From Promethearchaeia archaeon (GTDB lineage Archaea; Asgardarchaeota; Lokiarchaeia; Sigyniarchaeales; SOKP01), in contig JAWOCD010000040.1 of NCBI GenBank assembly GCA_046483985.1, positions 1 to 64,000 on the forward strand: DNA of 64,000 nt, given 5' to 3'. Made by a program: the position numbers and the translations under genes. Of this stretch, positions 59,672-64,000 are shown piece after piece. How positions within the stretch are numbered: position 1 is the stretch's first letter; each line of letters starts with the position of its first letter. The notes beneath the pieces were generated by a model. It was not told the DNA's origin, did not search any database, and was given only the letters and a program-made list of their open reading frames with translations.

Positions 59672-61354
59672 ATGAAGAAGCTGGAAGAAGAACCAAGATC
59701 ATATAAATCCCAGTTTACGCAATTAACAAAAGGTATAAACTTAAAAGCTCAAGAATGGATTTTATCGAAGGTCGATACCAACCAATCGATTCTGGAAGCG
59801 GGTTGTGGAACGGGTTTATTAGCACATAAACTAGCCCTTAAAGGAAATACGGTGAGGGCAATAGACAAGAACCCCAAAATGATAGAATTTGCTTCGGACA
59901 AATATCAGCAAGATAAGGAGAACAATCTTACATATCAAGTTGCTTCTATTGAAGATTTACCAGTTGATCAAAGATCACAAGATATCATCATCAGTACCTT
60001 TATGCTTTCGGAATTAAGGCCATTTGAACAGCAAACTTTTCTTCGGAACGCTTGGAAGGCTCTAAAAGAGGGGGGGAAACTAATCCTTGCTTCAGAATTT
60101 ATAGCCTCAGGTATATGGAAATTGGGCTTCAAGTTAAAAAGATGGAGATATAAAAAAAAATTAGAACGCCTTAAACTCCCCGCCACTCATCCCTTGGAAA
60201 ATTTTTACCAGTATTTAGAACCAATAGGGTTTAAAATTCTTAACGAAACCAAATGGAATCACGGCACTATCCATGTACTTGAATTACAGAAGACAATTAG
60301 AGGAGATCTGGATCAGAACGATGAGGAAGGATTATCTAAAAATAAACCAGGGTACTATCGTCCAGAATCCCTTAAATTTAAGGGATTAAGTTCACAGTTA
60401 AAAATCTACCGGTGTCTTTTTACGGGACAAATAGATAATGTGCCGATAGAACCTGGAATTTATCAATCTGGCAATCCTGATAAGGAATCACCAATCATAG
60501 TTACGGCAAACTATTACTACACCTATGCAAAGGTTATGCGCAACTTAGAAGGGATTGATGCTTGGGTTTTATGTGTTGATACAAATGGAATTAATGTGTG
60601 GTGTGCCGCTCGAGGGGGAGACTTCGGTAATCAGCAATTATTAGAAGCGATAAACGCCACCAATATTCAAGACCTAACAGACTCTCGTACCCTGATACTC
60701 CCTCAATTAGCCGCGGGAGGGGTTGCGTTACCCAAACTTCCTGAAGATCCAAAAGATTTTCCATTTTCCGTAGAATATGGTCCGATATGGTCCAAATATC
60801 TAAAAGAGTATCTCAAACAAGAAGGGGGGCAGAGAAAGACTCCCGAAATGAAACGAGCAAAATTTACGCTTTCCCATAGAATCAGGGCGGGAGTGACCCA
60901 TACCACCTTTCTATTCCGAAAAATCTTTGCAAAACCTCTGATAGTGATTTTTTTGGCTCTTTTCCTCCTTAACTACTTTAATTTTATAAATAGATTATGG
61001 TGGATGGGGGACCTCATTTTATGGCTTTTAATCCCCAATTTACTCATTCCAATCATATATCCCCTTTCCCAATTTACAAGAAAATTTATCTTTAAGGGAA
61101 CCTTATTTGGTACTATAAATATCTTCCTCTCGGGTTTTATCTCATGGGTAATGTATGGATCCTTACTGTATTCTGCACTTAATTCCATACTTTTTTTCTG
61201 GATAACTTTCTTCAGTACAATGTCCTTTAGCGGTTATACGATGTCAACAAACCCCCGAAAAATTCAAGAGGAATACTCAACATTCCGTAAAATCAACGTT
61301 ATTTTACTGTTATCAGCGATAATATTAACATTTTTAAGTTTAGTATTTATTTAA
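59672..61354 (+). CDS. hgcA: Class I SAM methyltransferase fused to an HgcA-like corrinoid membrane protein
   Basis: N-terminal LEAGCGTG/AID SAM motifs; then PGIY-GNP, VTANY, DTNGINVWCAARGG, ILPQL, YGP; 4-5 C-terminal TM helices with FSGYT. Possible ATA start at 59657. Confidence 0.85.
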   Translation: MKKLEEEPRSYKSQFTQLTKGINLKAQEWILSKVDTNQSILEAGCGTGLLAHKLALKGNTVRAIDKNPKMIEFASDKYQQDKENNLTYQVASIEDLPVDQRSQDIIISTFMLSELRPFEQQTFLRNAWKALKEGGKLILASEFIASGIWKLGFKLKRWRYKKKLERLKLPATHPLENFYQYLEPIGFKILNETKWNHGTIHVLELQKTIRGDLDQNDEEGLSKNKPGYYRPESLKFKGLSSQLKIYRCLFTGQIDNVPIEPGIYQSGNPDKESPIIVTANYYYTYAKVMRNLEGIDAWVLCVDTNGINVWCAARGGDFGNQQLLEAINATNIQDLTDSRTLILPQLAAGGVALPKLPEDPKDFPFSVEYGPIWSKYLKEYLKQEGGQRKTPEMKRAKFTLSHRIRAGVTHTTFLFRKIFAKPLIVIFLALFLLNYFNFINRLWWMGDLILWLLIPNLLIPIIYPLSQFTRKFIFKGTLFGTINIFLSGFISWVMYGSLLYSALNSILFFWITFFSTMSFSGYTMSTNPRKIQEEYSTFRKINVILLLSAIILTFLSLVFI

Positions 61355-61414
61355 TTAATGGAAATATCTAAAAGAAAGAAATAGAATATAATAATTAAAG
61401 AAAAATGGAAGTGT

Positions 61415-61762
61415 TTGAATGATATGATTCGAAATACAATAAATGACAAAGAGAATTCTAGTTGTTGTTCGTCTCCTAATATGGGAAATATTATGGGGGC
61501 ACTTGATATTCCGGTTTTTATTGATCCGTCAAAATGTGTAGGATGCGGTTTTTGTGAAGAATTATGCCCCTTTGGGCTTCCCAAAAATGACGGAAAGGGA
61601 AAATATTATGTGGAGGCCCCCGAAGAATGTGTTGAGTGCAGTGCATGTCAGCGAAACTGTCCTGCAGATGCAATCATCTTGGAGGAACAAAAAGGATGTG
61701 GGTGTTTATGGGATGCAAAAAACCGAATAAAGGAAAAGAATAATACATCTAAATGCTGTTAA
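61415..61762 (+). CDS. hgcB: HgcB-like 2[4Fe-4S] ferredoxin
   Basis: CVGCGFCEELCP, CVECSACQRNCP, GCGC, terminal CC; immediately after the hgcA-like gene. Confidence 0.85.
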   Translation: MNDMIRNTINDKENSSCCSSPNMGNIMGALDIPVFIDPSKCVGCGFCEELCPFGLPKNDGKGKYYVEAPEECVECSACQRNCPADAIILEEQKGCGCLWDAKNRIKEKNNTSKCC

Positions 61763-61975
61763 CATAATGAGATTTCTCATAAAAATTCTCATTTGGATTC
61801 TTGTATAGCAAACTTGCAAAACGCAATTTGATCTTCCAAGAACTCAATAAACCTTTTCTTTTCGTCAGATTTCTCAACAGATTCTAACTTACTCAGTATT
61901 TCCTCTAGTTTTTGGACTACTCGTTTATTTTTAACAGGATTTTTCTTATCTCTTTATTTTTATCATTTGTCATTT

Positions 61976-62707
61976 TTACTCACCATATGATGATTCTGCC
62001 ATTCGCTCTGCCAATTCTTCTTTCAATTCTCGAATAAATCGGTTTAGTTCTTCACTTTGAGAAAGAAATTCTTCATTATGCAGCCCATTTATTAAAGAGA
62101 GAATATGAATTATGCCAGAAACCTCCTTATCACATGTGTGCCCGAACCGAGGTGCTCTGCATTCATGGCAGACACGGAGAGCAAAATCTTGGAGAGTTTC
62201 AACATCCAACTTCTTATTTTGTATAAACTTAGCACCTGCCTCTGAAGAGCCACAAGGAGAAACTCGTCTAATTTTTATAAACTTTACATCTCCATTATTA
62301 TCTACTTTAAGATCAAAATTAGGTTTTCCGAATTTCTCAGCAAAAGCGTCAATCTCTTGAATCCGCATATTGGGTTCTAATGAACACATTGTGCGCGGAC
62401 CGATTGATTTTGAATTTATATCTTTTACTTGCCTTAATAGACCTCTCCCAGGAGTTATCCCTAATATTAATGGTTTTTGAAGTTCTGCGATTTCTAATAT
62501 GATATCTGGGTGCCTAACATACACAACATATAAGTCACATTCTGGGATTTTTAAATCTAATCCATCATCAAGCATAATATTCGGTGAAATATCGGGAACT
62601 TCAATCCAGTTAGTGGAAAAAAATCTCTTAAAGTTTTCATAAGCTCTTTCCCCATATTTTCCATCTGTAATTAACCCAATAGTTATGACTCTATCTTCTT
62701 CATTCAT
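61976..62707 (-). CDS. DUF166-like protein
   Basis: GKYGER, HPD, MCSL, FGKP, SPCGS, CRA pattern, recognised from memory of the family. Confidence 0.6.
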   Translation of the reverse strand: MNEEDRVITIGLITDGKYGERAYENFKRFFSTNWIEVPDISPNIMLDDGLDLKIPECDLYVVYVRHPDIILEIAELQKPLILGITPGRGLLRQVKDINSKSIGPRTMCSLEPNMRIQEIDAFAEKFGKPNFDLKVDNNGDVKFIKIRRVSPCGSSEAGAKFIQNKKLDVETLQDFALRVCHECRAPRFGHTCDKEVSGIIHILSLINGLHNEEFLSQSEELNRFIRELKEELAERMAESSYGE

Positions 62708-62750
62708 TGTTTAAGCTCTGAGAAAAGGATTTAGATCAAAAATAAATTAG

Positions 62751-63170
62751 TTATTTTGTCCCATAGAGCTCGTCAACTTTTTGAGAGATCTCTTCCGCTA
62801 TAATTTTTGCTAATTTCAAACCTTTATCTCCTAAGCGTCTTGAACTATCTGGAATTAATTCTGGGTGGGCATCCATAAATTCTTTAACATTAACCATCGC
62901 CGCGGGTTTTCCACTATATTTATCTACGGCAACCCTTGCACATTCCTCTTCACAGCCTTCTACAGTAATGGTTGGATGATTCTTAGCAAAATCTCTCTCT
63001 TCTTGGCCTCCATGTCTTTCCAAACCCCCAGCCATAAAGAGTGGTTGGCATAAAATGATTGTTCGATTGGGACGTAATTCTTCAACGACCATTCTTGCAG
63101 CCGCTCTTGTTAAGGTACCCCCAACTAAATCTTCTCCACTACAAGCGATAATCCCTACTTTTTTTTTCAA
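62751..63170 (-). CDS. DGC-family putative Zn-binding protein
   Basis: IACSG, ILCQP, VEGCEEEC; TTG start at 63170 after GGAGG. Confidence 0.75.
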   Translation of the reverse strand: MKKKVGIIACSGEDLVGGTLTRAAARMVVEELRPNRTIILCQPLFMAGGLERHGGQEERDFAKNHPTITVEGCEEECARVAVDKYSGKPAAMVNVKEFMDAHPELIPDSSRRLGDKGLKLAKIIAEEISQKVDELYGTK

Positions 63171-63171
63171 C

Positions 63172-63594
63172 TTAATCCTCCTCCTTCTCATTATTATGAA
63201 GTAATTCATCTACTTTAGTAGCTATTTTTTCGGCAAGTTTTTTTGATAATTTTTTTGTATTTTCGCCAATGGGTATAATTTTTTGTTCTGGTTTAAGATC
63301 TCGATTCTCTTTTACCACATCTGTGGTCATAAATTGAGCGTCCACCTTACCAGTAGCTTTTTTGAGGTCGTTAAATGAGCATTTTAGAGGGCATCCATCA
63401 ACCGAAATTACATAATTTTCTTTCATTTTTTTGATTGTTTCGTCTTTCCCCTTAACAATCAATGGTAAACATTCGATTTCTGCTTTTTTTTTAGCCAATT
63501 CATCCACAACAATATAAGCCGCTTCTCTGCCAATGCTACCAAAAACTTTCCCTATTCCACTACAAGGTATAATATATACTTTTTTCTTATTCAT
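63172..63594 (-). CDS. DGC-family putative Zn-binding protein
   Basis: IPCSG, ECL, VDGCPLKC. Confidence 0.8.
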   Translation of the reverse strand: MNKKKVYIIPCSGIGKVFGSIGREAAYIVVDELAKKKAEIECLPLIVKGKDETIKKMKENYVISVDGCPLKCSFNDLKKATGKVDAQFMTTDVVKENRDLKPEQKIIPIGENTKKLSKKLAEKIATKVDELLHNNEKEED

Positions 63595-63605
63595 TTCACA
63601 TACAT

Positions 63606-63998
63606 CTATTCTTTTTTATGATGATTTTTTTCCTTTTCCGCTTTATCTTTCATATATTTAAAATAATCTGGACCATCCATCAAAAATTCCTTATCTTCTT
63701 CAAAATTTTCTAATTTTATTTCGGCAAACCACCCTTTTTGATAAGCATCTTTATTCAATAATTCGGGTTGGTCATTTAAGTTGTGATTAATATTTATAAT
63801 CTCTCCAGAGGCAGGAGAAATAAGCTGCAGAACCGTTTTTGTAGATTCAAAATTCCCTACGTCATCAAATTGTTCAATCTTTTTACCTTTTTCTGGAAGA
63901 TCAACAAATAAGATATCACCAGCACTATTTTGTAAATAGTCCGAAATTCCAAGAAGTGCAGTATCTCCTACTGGTTTTACCCAACAATCGTTCTCATT
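63606..63998 (-). CDS. gcvH: GcvH-like lipoyl-carrier protein, 5'-truncated by the window edge
   Basis: Translated by hand: CWVK...GISDY...GDILFVDLP...FESTKTV (lipoyl Lys)...SPASG...PELLN.DAY.KGW. Confidence 0.85.
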   Translation of the reverse strand, partial: NENDCWVKPVGDTALLGISDYLQNSAGDILFVDLPEKGKKIEQFDDVGNFESTKTVLQLISPASGEIININHNLNDQPELLNKDAYQKGWFAEIKLENFEEDKEFLMDGPDYFKYMKDKAEKEKNHHKKE

Positions 63999-64000
63999 AA

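Noticed and set aside
59672-61762. Calling this a confirmed mercury methylator
   Set aside because: The cap helix deviates (NVWCAARGG vs NVWCAAGK), and related variants are reported not to methylate Hg; an assay is needed.
59672-63594. Selenocysteine read-through in HgcA, HgcB or the DGC proteins
   Set aside because: The relevant positions are Cys codons, and these genes end in TAA; no in-frame TGA.

Overview
Low-GC archaeal chromosomal window, most likely an Asgard archaeon (Lokiarchaeia-like). This is an inference from the archaeal Spt5, TFB, Cdc48, ProRS and CdhD together with several Rab/Arf-like small GTPases and longin/roadblock proteins. Housekeeping content: DAP-type lysine genes (dapA/B/F, lysA), leuCD, argG, korAB, proS, ppa, tRNA-Pro(TGG), an hsp20-cdc48-regulator heat-shock cluster, fatty-acid enzymes and one-carbon genes (cdhD, metVF, core methionine synthase). 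The standout is at the right end. A class I SAM methyltransferase is fused in-frame to an HgcA-like corrinoid membrane protein with a variant cap helix (NVWCAARGG). It is followed by an HgcB-like ferredoxin with extra Cys pairs, lies divergent from metVF and converges on a GcvH-DGC-DGC-DUF166 operon. Other notable items: a circularly permuted (G3-G4-G5-G1-G2), tail-anchored Rab-like GTPase; a 1602-aa Dna2/TM0106-like nuclease-helicase next to a beta-CASP nuclease; three genes that appear to start at ATA/ATT; a degenerate pseudo-GTPase; miniature IS200/IS605-type and IS630-type elements; and many pseudogenes. All family calls come from motif recognition by eye; no database searches were run.
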